Source: Candidatus Micrarchaeota archaeon
Lineage (GTDB): Archaea > Micrarchaeota > Micrarchaeia > Anstonellales > SKW190
Assembly (NCBI GenBank): GCA_026414265.1
Contig: JAOAJI010000001.1
Span: 4,009 to 63,467 of the forward strand
DNA: 59,459 bases
Direction: 5' to 3'
A model generated the notes under the pieces. The model was not told where the DNA came from. It saw nothing but the letters and a program-made list of their open reading frames with translations, and did no database searches. Each line of letters opens with the position of its first letter. Position 1 is the first letter of the stretch. The position numbers were made by a program, and so were the translations under genes. Positions 9,943 through 21,600 of the stretch are shown one piece after another.

Positions 9943-10714
9943 CAAAAATTATGAACTCATATTCGAAAATGTGTGGTTTTATTACGGAAACTATGCTGTG
10001 CTTGAAAACATATCCTTCAGAGTCAAGAAGGGAGAGTTTTTGGCAATACTTGGTCACAATGGAGCAGGTAAAACTACATTAATGAAGTTGGCTCTTGGCA
10101 TATTGAAGCCATCAAAGGGAAAAATAACATGGCTGTTCCATGACTCTGAAACTGTTGAACCACAAAAAAAAGAGGAAACAAAAGTTAATAACATTTGTAA
10201 GAAAATAAGTTATGTACAACAAAACCTGAGCGAAATAGAGTTCTCTTTTCCAGCTAATGTAGAAGAAGTTGTTTTGCTCGGAACATTCAACAACTCGTTA
10301 AATCAAAAACGGCTGTTAGATAACTTATTTTATTCCAAAGAGCACAGAAATTCTGTAGACAAGGTATTGAAACTACTTAAAATCGAAAATCTCAGAAAAA
10401 AATTGATAGGTGAATTGTCAACTGGACAACTGCAAAAAGTGTTCTTGGCGAAAGCCTTAGTGTCTGAGCCAGAAGTACTTTTCCTTGACGAGCCAACATC
10501 TGCCATGGATCTCCAAAGCCAAATAGAATTCTATAGTCTGCTAAAAAAACTTAACGAACAACAAAAAATAACGATTATCTTGATATCACATGATATCGGC
10601 CAAATCCTGAATTATGTAACTAGAGTAATTGTTCTAAACAAAAAAATAGTTTTTGAAGGTAATACGAATGAATTTGACGCTAACAGTTTCTTTAAATTGA
10701 CAGAAAAAATATGA
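9926..10714 (+). CDS. znuC: Zn/Mn ABC transporter ATPase
   Basis: GHNGAGKT, LSTGQLQ, FLDEPT, ISHD. Confidence 0.9.
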   Translation: MLKMNNKNYELIFENVWFYYGNYAVLENISFRVKKGEFLAILGHNGAGKTTLMKLALGILKPSKGKITWLFHDSETVEPQKKEETKVNNICKKISYVQQNLSEIEFSFPANVEEVVLLGTFNNSLNQKRLLDNLFYSKEHRNSVDKVLKLLKIENLRKKLIGELSTGQLQKVFLAKALVSEPEVLFLDEPTSAMDLQSQIEFYSLLKKLNEQQKITIILISHDIGQILNYVTRVIVLNKKIVFEGNTNEFDANSFFKLTEKI

Positions 10715-10732
10715 GAGAGGAACTGAGCGATT

Positions 10733-11542
10733 ATGCTAATCGAAATTTTGAATTATCCTTTTTTTCAAAGGGCTATTATAACAGGATTGCTTCTTTCTGT
10801 ATCTTGTGCAATTCTTGGCGTTTTCCTTATCCTAAGAAGAATGGCGCTGATAGGCGATGGAATAAGCCATATCGCATTCTCAGGAATTATTTTAGGACTT
10901 TTCCTTAACATCTATCCTTTTGAAATAGCAATCATTTTCACTCTGATATTTTCTATGTTAATTGTTGTAATAAAAGAAAAATTCAAGATTAAAAATGACG
11001 TTGCATTAGGGATAGTTTTTACCATTGCCATGGCTTTAGGAATCACGCTGTTAAGTGTATCTGAAAACATTAACATAGATATCCATTACTTTCTATTTGG
11101 CTCGATTATTTCGGTTACTCAAGAAGATGTCATTTATTCAATGATACTTTTTGCTATTGTAATCACATTTGTTTTATCTAACTATAAACAGTTGTTTTAC
11201 GTGTGCTTTGACGAAACCAATGCCATGATTTCAGGAATAAACGCAAAATTACTCAATATTCTTCTAGTTGCTTTAACAGCGATTCTGACTATAGTTTCAA
11301 TTAAAATTATAGGAGTGCTTTTAGTATCATCGTTCTTGATCATCCCTGCAGCTACTGCAATATTACTTTCAGATTCCTTCAGAAAAACATTGGTTTATTC
11401 TTCAGCATTTGCATCACTGGCAGTCATATCAGGGCTATTCCTTTCCTATTTGCTCGATGTATCCTCTGGCGGATTGATAGTTCTAATGTCTGGACTCTAT
11501 TTTTTGATAACTGGACTAGTAAAAAATTTTGTCAAAAATTAA
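10733..11542 (+). CDS. znuB: Zn/Mn ABC transporter permease
   Basis: LRRMALIGDGISH, FLFGSI, GVLLVSSFLIIPAATA. Confidence 0.92.
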   Translation: MLIEILNYPFFQRAIITGLLLSVSCAILGVFLILRRMALIGDGISHIAFSGIILGLFLNIYPFEIAIIFTLIFSMLIVVIKEKFKIKNDVALGIVFTIAMALGITLLSVSENINIDIHYFLFGSIISVTQEDVIYSMILFAIVITFVLSNYKQLFYVCFDETNAMISGINAKLLNILLVALTAILTIVSIKIIGVLLVSSFLIIPAATAILLSDSFRKTLVYSSAFASLAVISGLFLSYLLDVSSGGLIVLMSGLYFLITGLVKNFVKN

Positions 11543-11665
11543 ATATGAAAAGGTGCAGATGATGACAGAGGTGATCTCTGAATTGAATTGATGATTGATG
11601 AGCAGACTGATGCACCTGAAATAGTTAAAGGAAGGTTTATAAATGTTAATTTTATTTTTTTTAGC

Positions 11666-12172
11666 ATGGGATCACAAGAATCTGATTTGAATAAAATATA
11701 TGGAAGTAGTGAAACTGGAGCTTCTGGTATTCCAAGCAACTTAGCCAACCCATTTCTCAGAATAGTCGCTTTTGTAATAGACTCTATAATCTTAGGAGTT
11801 GTTGCTTTTTTGTTCTTAGTAGTATCTGGGTTCTCGATGGTCGCAGGAGGCGCTACTCTTTCTCCTCTAGCAGCGATTACACCTATCCTGTTTATGATTT
11901 TCGCTATTGCATACTTTCTTGTCACAGAAGGTATGATGTGGAGCGCTTCACCAGGTAAGAAAATCGTAGGAATAAAAATAGTGAAGGAAGATGGTAGTAA
12001 CCTTGACTTGGTAACTGCATTAATAAGGTTGGTTGTTAAAAGCATTCTTTTCGCTATACCTTTCGTGAATTTCCTGATACTTCTGGCAAGTCTGTTTTTC
12101 ATGTTCACAAGTCCAAAAAAACAAGCAATTCATGACATGATCGTAAAGACTTACGTAGTAGAAAACAAATAA
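11666..12172 (+). CDS. RDD family membrane protein
   Basis: RIVAFVID, SPGKKIVGIKIV, QAIHDMIVKTYVV; likely start ATG 11666. Confidence 0.88.
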   Translation: MGSQESDLNKIYGSSETGASGIPSNLANPFLRIVAFVIDSIILGVVAFLFLVVSGFSMVAGGATLSPLAAITPILFMIFAIAYFLVTEGMMWSASPGKKIVGIKIVKEDGSNLDLVTALIRLVVKSILFAIPFVNFLILLASLFFMFTSPKKQAIHDMIVKTYVVENK

Positions 12173-12204
12173 TTCTGCCCTCAAACGAGGATATTGTGCA
12201 AGCC

Positions 12205-12780
12205 ATGCAAGGACAACCAGAATATCAGCAATATAATATTGACAACAATATAGGCAATTCAAATAACCAACAACCAGAAGATAATATCATAAACCAGAAT
12301 AACATACAGTATTTTTTTGCAAATCCAGTAAACAGAATCATAGCAGAGATTATAGATGAACTATTGGTAGTTACAGTTGCATTTATAGTTGGTTATACTT
12401 TATTTGCATTAGGTATAAATACAACTAACCTACCTAAAAAAGAGTTGGTCGATCTTGTAGCAGAGATTACATTTGTCATTATTGTGATATTTTTATTTGT
12501 TTACAGGACTGTATGCGAAGGGATTCTTTTTAGCGCCACAATAGGTAAGCTCCTGATGGGAATAAGGGTAGTTAATCACGAAGGGAAAAAGCTAGACCTA
12601 ATGACAGCTATCAAACGTAACCTGACAAAAACCTTACCTGAGTTCATAGGAATAAGTATTCTTTTCCATGTGTTAAACTTGATTTTGATCATAGCTACAT
12701 CAAAAAAACAAACTGTACAAGACATTGTTGCTAATACTTATGTAGTAGTTACTTACACTAGTATGCAAAAGTTCAGATAA
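12205..12780 (+). CDS. RDD family membrane protein (tandem paralog)
   Basis: RIIAEIID, TIGKLLMGIRVV, QTVQDIVANTYVV; N/Q-rich N-terminus. Confidence 0.87.
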   Translation: MQGQPEYQQYNIDNNIGNSNNQQPEDNIINQNNIQYFFANPVNRIIAEIIDELLVVTVAFIVGYTLFALGINTTNLPKKELVDLVAEITFVIIVIFLFVYRTVCEGILFSATIGKLLMGIRVVNHEGKKLDLMTAIKRNLTKTLPEFIGISILFHVLNLILIIATSKKQTVQDIVANTYVVVTYTSMQKFR

Positions 12781-12791
12781 CTAAATCTAAA

Positions 12792-13541
12792 TCATAATAA
12801 TACTATGTTTATGAGATTGCCTAAACCATAGCTGACTATTGCAGCAACCATTCCGATAACCATGAGCTCAAGCCCGTCTCTTACTATGCTCCTGTTATTA
12901 ATCCAAGCCTTGTATGCGCCTATCAGGAATAAAATCAAAGCAGTGAAAATGGATGAAATTAATCCCAAAACAATAGCACTTTCATGAAAAATGCCAAAAT
13001 ATTCTGCAATCAAAACAGGTAAAATAGGGACAAGTGAACCTAAAAAAGCTGATACCCCCACTATCATGGCATCATTGACAGCTTTGTTCGTTTCAGGCTC
13101 TCGCAATTCCAGCTCTTCGCGCATCATGAACTGAAGGAAGCGCTTTTGGTTCTTTGTTATGTGCTCTACTATTTGTTTTAGCAACTTGCCCCTGAAACCC
13201 TTTCTGTAGTAAACTTCGTAAACTTCTTTTTTCTCTTCTTCTGGATTTTTCGAAATTTCTTCTTCTTCCTTCTTCTTCTGAGAATAGTAATAATCAGAAG
13301 AGGCCTTCGAAGAGGTGTACGCGACTGCTGCCATGGAGATACTCTCTGCAAGTGCAGCTGCCAATCCTGAAATCAAAGCTATTTTGATACTGGTAGTAGC
13401 AGCCAATACGCCTAAAACTACTCCTAGTGTGTTAACTATCCCGTCCTGTGCACCCAAAATTATTTGTGAATATACAGAAGCTATTCCAGAATGCTCTTTC
13501 TCTATATGTTTTTCAAGGTCGAAGTACTTCTTCTTTACCAT
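12792..13541 (-). CDS. VIT1/CCC1 family Fe/Mn transporter
   Basis: IILGAQDGIV, AESISMA, MMREEL; likely start MVKKKYF at 13541. Confidence 0.9.
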   Translation of the reverse strand: MVKKKYFDLEKHIEKEHSGIASVYSQIILGAQDGIVNTLGVVLGVLAATTSIKIALISGLAAALAESISMAAVAYTSSKASSDYYYSQKKKEEEEISKNPEEEKKEVYEVYYRKGFRGKLLKQIVEHITKNQKRFLQFMMREELELREPETNKAVNDAMIVGVSAFLGSLVPILPVLIAEYFGIFHESAIVLGLISSIFTALILFLIGAYKAWINNRSIVRDGLELMVIGMVAAIVSYGLGNLINIVLL

Positions 13542-13573
13542 ATAAAATAAAATGTTTGACAGTGTATTTATAC

Positions 13574-14167
13574 ATGATGAATAGAGCTCTGATTGAGGAA
13601 CTGGAAATCGTGCTTTCACAACCACACTACAATCCTTTGTATGTCATTTTTTTCTTAATAATGTTCGTATTAGGATTCTATGCAACCTTCGCAAATTCAT
13701 TTACAGCTATCACTCTCTTACGTGCACAAAAATATGTTAGCTCAGGTAAAATACCTAAAATATTGGTTATGTCTATTGCTATTGCTTTGATTGTACCAGT
13801 ACTTACTGTATACCTTGGAACCATACTCAATGAACCTTATGCAATCGCCATAGGGTCTGTTTTTTTTGTACTGAGCTTACTAGGAGCATATCTAGGATCA
13901 AAAAGCAGACTTGACCTCTTAAGAGAATTAGGGTTCAGTACTGACGAATCAGCTAAGTATTCCTTTATACTAAACTTCCCTACAGGCACCTGGGAAAATG
14001 AATTAACATACTTCATAAATTATTCAATCAAAGTGATAATTTTCCTGCTGAAGCTCGGCGTAGTCGTTTTCGTTCTTCAGCAAATCTGGCCGTTTATCAA
14101 AAAGTTCATGTTCGCAATTTTAAGTATTGCCCTCTGGTTTTTAATCAAAGTTTACATGATCTACTGA
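13574..14167 (+). CDS. Hypothetical membrane protein
   Basis: Several hydrophobic segments; start trimmed to ATG 13574 to avoid overlap with the divergent VIT1 gene. Confidence 0.6.
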   Translation: MMNRALIEELEIVLSQPHYNPLYVIFFLIMFVLGFYATFANSFTAITLLRAQKYVSSGKIPKILVMSIAIALIVPVLTVYLGTILNEPYAIAIGSVFFVLSLLGAYLGSKSRLDLLRELGFSTDESAKYSFILNFPTGTWENELTYFINYSIKVIIFLLKLGVVVFVLQQIWPFIKKFMFAILSIALWFLIKVYMIY

Positions 14168-14245
14168 ATCTCCAAATCCCTGAACAACTTGTAACAAATG
14201 GATCAGCAATAACCATTATTAAACACTTGAGTTGATTATTCTTGT

Positions 14246-14530
14246 ATGGAAAAAATGATAAGAAAAATACTGGCACAACCGTTTGAAATAGACGAAAACC
14301 AAAAACAGGCTGTTCTTAACAATTCAAAAGTTATGAAACTACTTGCCTGTGCAGGTGCAGGTAAAACGGAAACTCTGGCAAGAAAGGTCTGCTACTTGAT
14401 CCTTGTGGAAAACCTCGAACCTGAAGAGATTGTTGTGTTTACGTTTAACGTCAGGGCCGCAAAAGAAATAAAAAGAAGGATCTATGACAGAATGGCGTTG
14501 TACGATTTAAAGAAGTGCAGAGTTGGTTAA
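14246..14530 (+). pseudogene. Truncated N-terminus of a UvrD/PcrA SF1 helicase
   Basis: Q-motif ENQKQAV, motif I ACAGAGKT, motif Ia FTFNVRAAKEIKRR; ends after 94 aa. Confidence 0.85.
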
Positions 14531-14982
14531 AAACTGTTAGCGATAAGTCACAGAAGCAATATATACATGCATTAAGATACTTCTGTGAATTTTGTAGGAA
14601 AACACCAAAACAGTTGATATTGGAAAGGGATAAAGAAATTCGAAATACAGATCCTAATTCGAGAACAAGAATAAGAGACTTGGTTCTTGACTTTAGAAAA
14701 TACTTGGAAAAAGAGGGTTATGCTCCTAAGAGTATAAACTGTTGGGATGGTGCAGTAAGAAGTTTCTTCACAGCAGTACTATGAAGAGCTGGGATGATCA
14801 ATGTAAAGAATTATAGTGAAAGTCAAATTGCAAAGAGAAAGGATTTGGTGCCTACTTTAGAAGAATTAAAGAAAATGTTAGATGTATCAAACTTAGAAGA
14901 AAAATTCAGAATAATCTTTATAGCACAAACTGGAATGAGAGTGTCAGATGCTCTTAAACTCAAAGTTAGAGAATTGAGCTGA
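14515..14982 (+). pseudogene. Degraded tyrosine recombinase/integrase
   Basis: SAM-like core-binding domain (YIHALRYF...GYAPKSI...VRSFF), in-frame TGA at 14782-14784, then box I AQTGMRVSDAL in the same frame; truncated before HxxR and the catalytic Tyr. Confidence 0.85.
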
Positions 14983-15062
14983 TAATTGCATTAGAAAGAA
15001 TTTATCCTGGCTCAGAAGTAAGAAACAAAAAATAAAAAAAGGAGAGAACAATAATTTTTACT

Positions 15063-16715
15063 TTAGTCTAGGTCTGATCCGCTAGGCATTCCTCCCTGGT
15101 CACCGCCAGGCTTAGGAGTTGAGGACTTGCCTTTGGAAGCGATCAAGTCATCGATTCTTAGTATCATTTTGGCTGCTTCGTAAGCACTAGCAACTGCCTG
15201 TTTCTTTACCTTTGTAGGTTCTATGACACCCAAGTGCAGCATGTCATCGACTTTGCCTTCGTGTACATTGACTCCGTAGTGTTTCTTGCCTTCCTTGTGT
15301 TTTGCTCTTAGTTCAACAAGTACGTCTATTGCGTCCATGCCTGCGTTCTCAGCCAACGTCTTAGGTACTGATTCTAAGGCTTCTGCAAAAGCTTGTATCG
15401 CCAATTGCTCTCTACCACCTATTTTCCCTGCGTATTCGTTGAGCTTCAGAGCCACTTCGATTTCCACGCTACCTCCGCCTGTAACGAAGCTGCCTTCCTC
15501 TAATGCGCTTGCGATTGCTCCGATAGCATCCTTCAATGCCCTTTCAGTTTCGTTTACTACGTGCTCTGTTCCGCCTCTTATGAAAATTGTTACGCTCTTA
15601 GGGTCCTTACAGCCAGTCACAAATGTCATTGCTTCTCCAGCGACTTTCTTTTCTTCAACGTGTTCTGCATAACCCAAATCTTTGTCTGACAAGTCGTTTA
15701 AGTTTGATACAAGTCTTGCACCAGTTGCCCTAGCTAACTTGTCCATGTCGCTCTTCTTCACTCTTCTCAGAGCGACTATTCCTTCTTTTGCCAAGAAATG
15801 TTGAGCCAAATCATCTATGCCTTTTTGGCATATAACAACATTGGCCCCACTCTTTTTGACTTTATCAACCATTTCCTTCAACATTTTTTCTTCTTGTTCT
15901 AAGAAAGCACCCAATTGCTCAGGTGAAGTGATTTCAATTTTTGCATCAGTCTCTGTTTTTTCTATTTCTAAAGCACAGTCTAGCAATGCGATCTTGGCGT
16001 TTTTGACTGACTTAGGCATACCAGAATGAACGATCTCTTTGTCTATAACAATACCTTTAATAAGTTGCGTGTCTTCAGTTCTACCACCTTCTTTCTTTTC
16101 AAGTTTTATTAGTTCAGTATCAACGTTTATTTTACCGTTCTTAGTTTCTGCAACAGACCTAACTGCTTCAACAACCATCTTTGCTAATAGATCTTTTGCT
16201 TCTCCTACTCCAACAGTTTTAGAACCCATTGACACCATTGCTAATTTAACCAAAGTGTCTGTATCTTTCACGTCTACTTTGGATGATACATCTGATAATA
16301 TTTGTTGGGCTTTTTTAGCAGCAAGATCATAGCCTTTAATTATTGTGCTTGGATGTATGTTTTGGTCTAATAGGTCACCAGCCTTCTTTAACAGCATACC
16401 TGACAATAGTACTGCAGTTGTTGTACCATCGCCTACTTCTTTATCCTGTGTCTTTGCTATTTCCACCATCAATTTAGCCACAGGATGCTCTACGTGCATT
16501 TCTTCTAAAATCGTTGCTCCGTCGTTCGTTATGACTATGTCACCGAGCTCAGACACTAACATCTTGTCCATACCCTTTGGACCAAGAGTGCTTTTTATGG
16601 CCATTGCAACAGCCAAACCAACGGCTATGTTGGTCCTCTGTGCATCTCTACCCAAGATTCTTGTAGAGCCCTCAGGCAAAATTATATACTGCTGACCTTC
16701 CAAATTTTTAGTCAT
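15063..16715 (-). CDS. ths: Thermosome (group II chaperonin) subunit
   Basis: [38 protein letters not shown] precedes ATG 16715. Confidence 0.98.
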   Translation of the reverse strand: MTKNLEGQQYIILPEGSTRILGRDAQRTNIAVGLAVAMAIKSTLGPKGMDKMLVSELGDIVITNDGATILEEMHVEHPVAKLMVEIAKTQDKEVGDGTTTAVLLSGMLLKKAGDLLDQNIHPSTIIKGYDLAAKKAQQILSDVSSKVDVKDTDTLVKLAMVSMGSKTVGVGEAKDLLAKMVVEAVRSVAETKNGKINVDTELIKLEKKEGGRTEDTQLIKGIVIDKEIVHSGMPKSVKNAKIALLDCALEIEKTETDAKIEITSPEQLGAFLEQEEKMLKEMVDKVKKSGANVVICQKGIDDLAQHFLAKEGIVALRRVKKSDMDKLARATGARLVSNLNDLSDKDLGYAEHVEEKKVAGEAMTFVTGCKDPKSVTIFIRGGTEHVVNETERALKDAIGAIASALEEGSFVTGGGSVEIEVALKLNEYAGKIGGREQLAIQAFAEALESVPKTLAENAGMDAIDVLVELRAKHKEGKKHYGVNVHEGKVDDMLHLGVIEPTKVKKQAVASAYEAAKMILRIDDLIASKGKSSTPKPGGDQGGMPSGSDLD

Positions 16716-16854
16716 ATAATTCACCCCTTCACTTATTAACATGATTAATAGATAATACCCAACCTAAAGTAATTGATGTAAATCAAAAAACCGTGAATTT
16801 TAGATGCAAATATATTACTAACAAAGAAAGCTTTTTAAAGGTTATATCAACAGT

Positions 16855-17301
16855 TTATCTCTTTTTTTCTTCTTTGGCTTTGAGATAATATTTAAGAAGT
16901 AAGTTTTCCGGATATTTAATTATTTGAATTTGGTCTTCTTCTATTGCTATGTCTCTAGCAGTTCTACCAAGATCGTCTTTAGCATTAATATCAGCTCCAC
17001 TTGTAATCAAGTACAAATACATGTTTAAGTCTCCTTTTCTTGCTGCTTCGTGAAGAAGAGTGGAATTCAAGTTTGTTGGATCTCTAGTATTAACATCATA
17101 ACCTGATTCAAGAATTTTATTCAATAACTCCATATTGGACTCACGAACAGCCTCAAACAATATCTTAACAATTTGCTCTTTTTCAGTACTGACATTCTTA
17201 TTTTCATAGTCGTTCAATGGATATTTGCCCTTGAAGTTTATTCTTTTAAGATTAGGATTGTTTTCTCTCTTTTTGTAGTTTTCCATTTTATCACCAACCA
17301 T
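16855..17301 (-). CDS. Small ankyrin-repeat protein (2-3 repeats)
   Basis: GYDVNTRD..STLLHEAARKG..GADINAKDDLGRTARDIA. Confidence 0.88.
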   Translation of the reverse strand: MVGDKMENYKKRENNPNLKRINFKGKYPLNDYENKNVSTEKEQIVKILFEAVRESNMELLNKILESGYDVNTRDPTNLNSTLLHEAARKGDLNMYLYLITSGADINAKDDLGRTARDIAIEEDQIQIIKYPENLLLKYYLKAKEEKKR

Positions 17302-17327
17302 GAATCAATGAAAAATTATTATAAAGG

Positions 17328-18572
17328 TTACTCATATTTCTTAAGTATTTCAATGACATGTTGATGATTTTTTCTTTCTGCTAATTCTAAAGCAGTTTTG
17401 CCTTGGTTATTTTTATTATTGATATTAGCCCCGTTATTCAAAAGCAGTTCAAGAACTCTAAGATTACCTATGGATGCTGCAACCATTAGAGGAGTGTTTC
17501 CATAAATATTCGGTTTGTCTATCAATGAGCCTCTTTTTAACAGTACCTTTGCAGTTTCAACGTTGTCAGAAAATGCGGCATAATGTAAAGGGATTTCTAG
17601 TTTCTTTGTTTCAGCGTTCACATTAAAGCAATAACTCAGTAAAAGATATACCATTTCAGCGTCAGCGTATTCAGCAGCATAGTGGATAGGTCTCTCTAAA
17701 CTTCTATTTGGTGTATCTACTTTGGCGCCATACTTCAATAATTTCTTTATCAGATTCTTTCTATTGAATTTAGCTGCGTAATGAACAGGAGTGTCGCCTT
17801 CTACGTCTTTCTTAAAGACATTTGCATTGTAAGACATCAACAGATCAATTAAATGCTCGTGGCCTTTAGCAACTGCTAAATGCAAAGGGGTTTTAGAGTT
17901 AATGTTTTCATAATTAACAGGAATGTACTTCAATAACAGTTCAACTGTTCTCAAGTGCCCGTTCAAAGTAGCAAGATGTAATGGCGTGTCTCCGTATTTG
18001 GCTTCTACTAACGGATCTGCATTGTTCATTAATAACACTTCAACTATTTTCGTATGACCATGAAGTGCAGCTAGATGCAATGGCGTTTCCAAATCCATAT
18101 TTTTGGCATTAGCTAAAGAGCTGTTCAAAGAAAGTAGATATTCGACTGTTTGAACGTTTCCAGAAATCGCTGCCAAATGTAAGGGAGTGTTCGATTTATG
18201 ATTTCTTACATTAACTGTAGCGCCTTTTTCAACAAGTAGTTTAACAACTTCGTACCTGCCTTGCCATGCAGCAAAATGTAACGGAGTCTCGTCATATCTG
18301 TTTCGTGCATTGACATTTGCGCCATGTTTTATCAACAACTCAACTGTTTCATAATTACTGTCTAAGGCAGCTATGTGTAACGGATACCTGTCAAACAAGG
18401 TATAAGAATTCACAGATATACCTGAATTAACGAAATTGATGATTCCTTCAACATCGTTATTCCTTATTGCAGATAAAAATTTAGCCTCAGTAAGAGGATC
18501 CAAAGAGCGAAATTTACTCTTATAATCTTGAGATTGAGAACTACGTTGATTTCTGAAGGATTCTTTTCTCAT
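17328..18572 (-). CDS. Ankyrin-repeat protein (about 10-11 repeats)
   Basis: Repeated 33-aa units TPLHxAA..G...vv.lLl..GA.VN. Confidence 0.95.
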   Translation of the reverse strand: MRKESFRNQRSSQSQDYKSKFRSLDPLTEAKFLSAIRNNDVEGIINFVNSGISVNSYTLFDRYPLHIAALDSNYETVELLIKHGANVNARNRYDETPLHFAAWQGRYEVVKLLVEKGATVNVRNHKSNTPLHLAAISGNVQTVEYLLSLNSSLANAKNMDLETPLHLAALHGHTKIVEVLLMNNADPLVEAKYGDTPLHLATLNGHLRTVELLLKYIPVNYENINSKTPLHLAVAKGHEHLIDLLMSYNANVFKKDVEGDTPVHYAAKFNRKNLIKKLLKYGAKVDTPNRSLERPIHYAAEYADAEMVYLLLSYCFNVNAETKKLEIPLHYAAFSDNVETAKVLLKRGSLIDKPNIYGNTPLMVAASIGNLRVLELLLNNGANINNKNNQGKTALELAERKNHQHVIEILKKYE

Positions 18573-18605
18573 GCAGATTATTTTGTTATAAAAATAATAA
18601 AAATA

Positions 18606-21600
18606 TTACTTTATGTTTGTTGTCTTATCAGAACTTTCTTCCATCATGAAACTTTGTATCTCTTGCAACACAGACAAGAACTCCTTTAGACCATCTTTTG
18701 TGAGTTTTGGTACAGGTACTTTTTTCCCAATCTCATCCATATCCTCTGAAGACAATAATGTTGAGCTAACGATTGGCGCAACAAAGATCACTCCTAAGCG
18801 CGATCCTGTAGATATGCTGCTACTTGTAGCAATCCTGTTCTGAACCGCGTGTTGATGCAAAGCATCAAGCTCATGCAATACATACATTATATCTCCGCCA
18901 GTATTTCCGAAGTCTGTAAAGAAACAAAATATGTAATCAGGTTTAATCGCGTGATGCGAATTATGAGATTTCATACTAGATATGTTTCTTATGTAATCTT
19001 GATTGATCTTATCATTGGTTTCTTCAATAACTTTCCTGCAAGAAGAAACCATAGCTCTTAAATCTGTGCCTTGTCCTATGACAACAAATGGTAGTTCCAA
19101 GAAATATTGTGATCCTAGTTTTTCATACGAGAATGTAGACGGAGTTACCACACTTTCTTGGAACTTATTATCTGATACTGATAAAATTTTCAAAGTCAAG
19201 TCTCTATAAAATTTATGCCCAGCATTCTGCTTAAGTGCTTCTAAATATCCTAATACCATGGCAGATACATGATACAGAGAAAACTCTACAGGTGTAAGCT
19301 CTGAATCACTTGAAATTTGACGATCCATCTGACCCATACTCCCGCTCGTATCTATTGCTAAATACATTACCAACGGCTTCTGGAATAACGATTTACCTTG
19401 ATATTCATCTACAATTACTTTCTTCCTTTTAAACATCGGAACTCTTTGAGTACCTTGAACAAAGTTTTCTGCAGCCTTTCTTACATCAAGATTACCGCGT
19501 AACTTTGAAGGAGTAGATTCTACTAATAATTGACCATACATGTACTGTGAGAAATAGTCACGATACACTTCTACTAACTGTGAATCAACCATAACTGATA
19601 CTTTAGAAGTTACATCTCCTTCAGAGATTTTTTCAGAGGAGGTAGACTTTTCTTGATTTTTAGAGTTAGCATTTTGTTTGTTTTTTTCTTCTTGCTCTTT
19701 ATCCTTTTGATCTTGATTTGAACTTTTTTCGTCCTGCTCTTGTGACTCGCTTTCTTGATCATTAGCACAACCTGAACCTGATGCCAGCACTAAAGCTAAC
19801 TTGTATCTTTTCAAAGCTGCCAACAAACTAACAAGTTTTATTACACTAACTATTGACGTAAAACTATCGCCTATGTTTTGTTGTGCATGAATGTAACTTT
19901 TCACTTCATCTAAGGAATCAAAAATTCGTTCAACGAATCTTTCTGCTGTTTGCTCATCTAGAGAATCTGAAACAATCTTTAGCGAAAATTGACTTCTATA
20001 AAGTTCAGAATCAATTTTAAGATAACCTAGAATAGCGTTCAATAAAACTTGCTGGTCTAAATCAACTAATGATGAAACATAAACTTGATTGTCGTAAGGA
20101 GACGTTTGAAAGTAAAAATGAGTAAAGGATATCAACAAATTGGTAATCAATTCATACATGGATTTTGAAAACTGACTCATGGAAGTTGAAAGCCCAAGTT
20201 TTTGTATGTCTATGTCTCTCTCAAGCAATAGCCTATCAATTCTAGAATCTTCAGTTATATTAAAAAGAACACTAGAAAATGAAATGTCCAACAAAACCAC
20301 TACATTGATTAATGTTGCTTTTTCAGAATTTGGGTTTTCATCTGAAAGGATGGTATACAGCTTCTGCATATGTTCAGGATTGTCTGGATCTATATCAGAA
20401 GGAAGAGCAACTTTTTGCTTAAGATCACTGTATCTTCTTAACAATTCATCCAGAGCTTCACGCCTTAATAACTTTAAGTAATCAACATAACTAATTTGTG
20501 ATTTATTCTCCTCTTTTAGTATCTCTTCAACCCTTTTAACACAAGCAAGTAAAAACTCAGAAGCTGCTTCTATGTGCAGATCTATAGAATAACCTGTACT
20601 ATCCTGAATGTCAAATTTCGTTGAATACATTATGTCCTTTTCAGTCAAATCTCTTACTCTGCTTTTGTAAGTTCCAAATGAGATGTGTGCAAACTCATGA
20701 TATACCAAGTTCATTGCCAACAAATAATTCAGCTCTTTAGAAGGGAATAACATTGTGTATGGGGTCAAGTATACATAAGTGCCGTCAGTGTAGGCATATC
20801 CACCTGATGACGAAAGTCGTATAACGTCATTCTCTAAAATCAACGACTTGGTGTCTTTTTCTAGTGCACTTACTGTACCTTCGTCTAGATTGAATCTTGT
20901 AGCTATTTCAGAAATTGGAATCTTTGCACGAAAAATATCAAAAATTCTGTTTGAACCTGTAGACAAAGGCTTGTAAATAGAAAAACCTTGTTCATCGAGT
21001 TCATAGATATAGCCTAAAATTTGATTGGCTGACATTGACCTAAGAGTCATTCTCTTCAGTAGTTCTGTTGTTGTTGTTGAATCTAAATCGCTGTTTAGAG
21101 AATTCAGTAAATGATCTAGGTCACGTTCTACGAATAAGCTCAATACAGAATTTACAATAGAATTGACAGATCTCAAAGGCAGATTCCTTGATACTAAAGA
21201 TAGGATCAGATTATTAAGATGATAGTAATCTTGAAAAAACTCTGATTTTAATTTGTCAAAATTTTCTTTTATGTTGTCTACGAAGCTCTGGTCATTCCTT
21301 TTTTCTGATAACTCTCTAACTTTAGTATCGAGCTTTTGACAGAAAATCTTGAAAAGCCTTTCTAACTCCTTATTTAAATAGTAATCAAATACTATTCCCT
21401 GCTTACTATCTATCTCAATTAATCCCTTTAATTTTTCATCTAATATTTGAACGCCGTTCAAGACTCCTATTAACAAGTTTTCACAATAAATCAATGATTT
21501 AGGAAGTGATAAAATTAATCTAGTTACGTAATCCTTTTGATTAGAGTCATTGAATGAGTCAAAATCATACTCAAGATAAAACATACCTACTGCTGCTGGC

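Noticed and set aside
14173..14182. CAAATCCCTG just upstream of the integrase scar matches the tRNA-Ser T-arm (1613-1622), a possible att site
   Set aside because: Only 10 nt, it does not include the tRNA 3' end, and the intervening 12.5 kb holds core genes (rpo6, tRNAs), so it is not an island.
14782..14784. In-frame TGA in the integrase as possible Sec or stop-codon reassignment
   Set aside because: TGA terminates many intact genes here and the integrase is also truncated; a nonsense mutation (likely GGA to TGA) is simpler.
15286..16695. Series of plus-strand ORFs opposite the thermosome (similar ones opposite MCM, GGR, RDD and thrS)
   Set aside because: Antisense shadow frames of well-supported genes, with no motifs.
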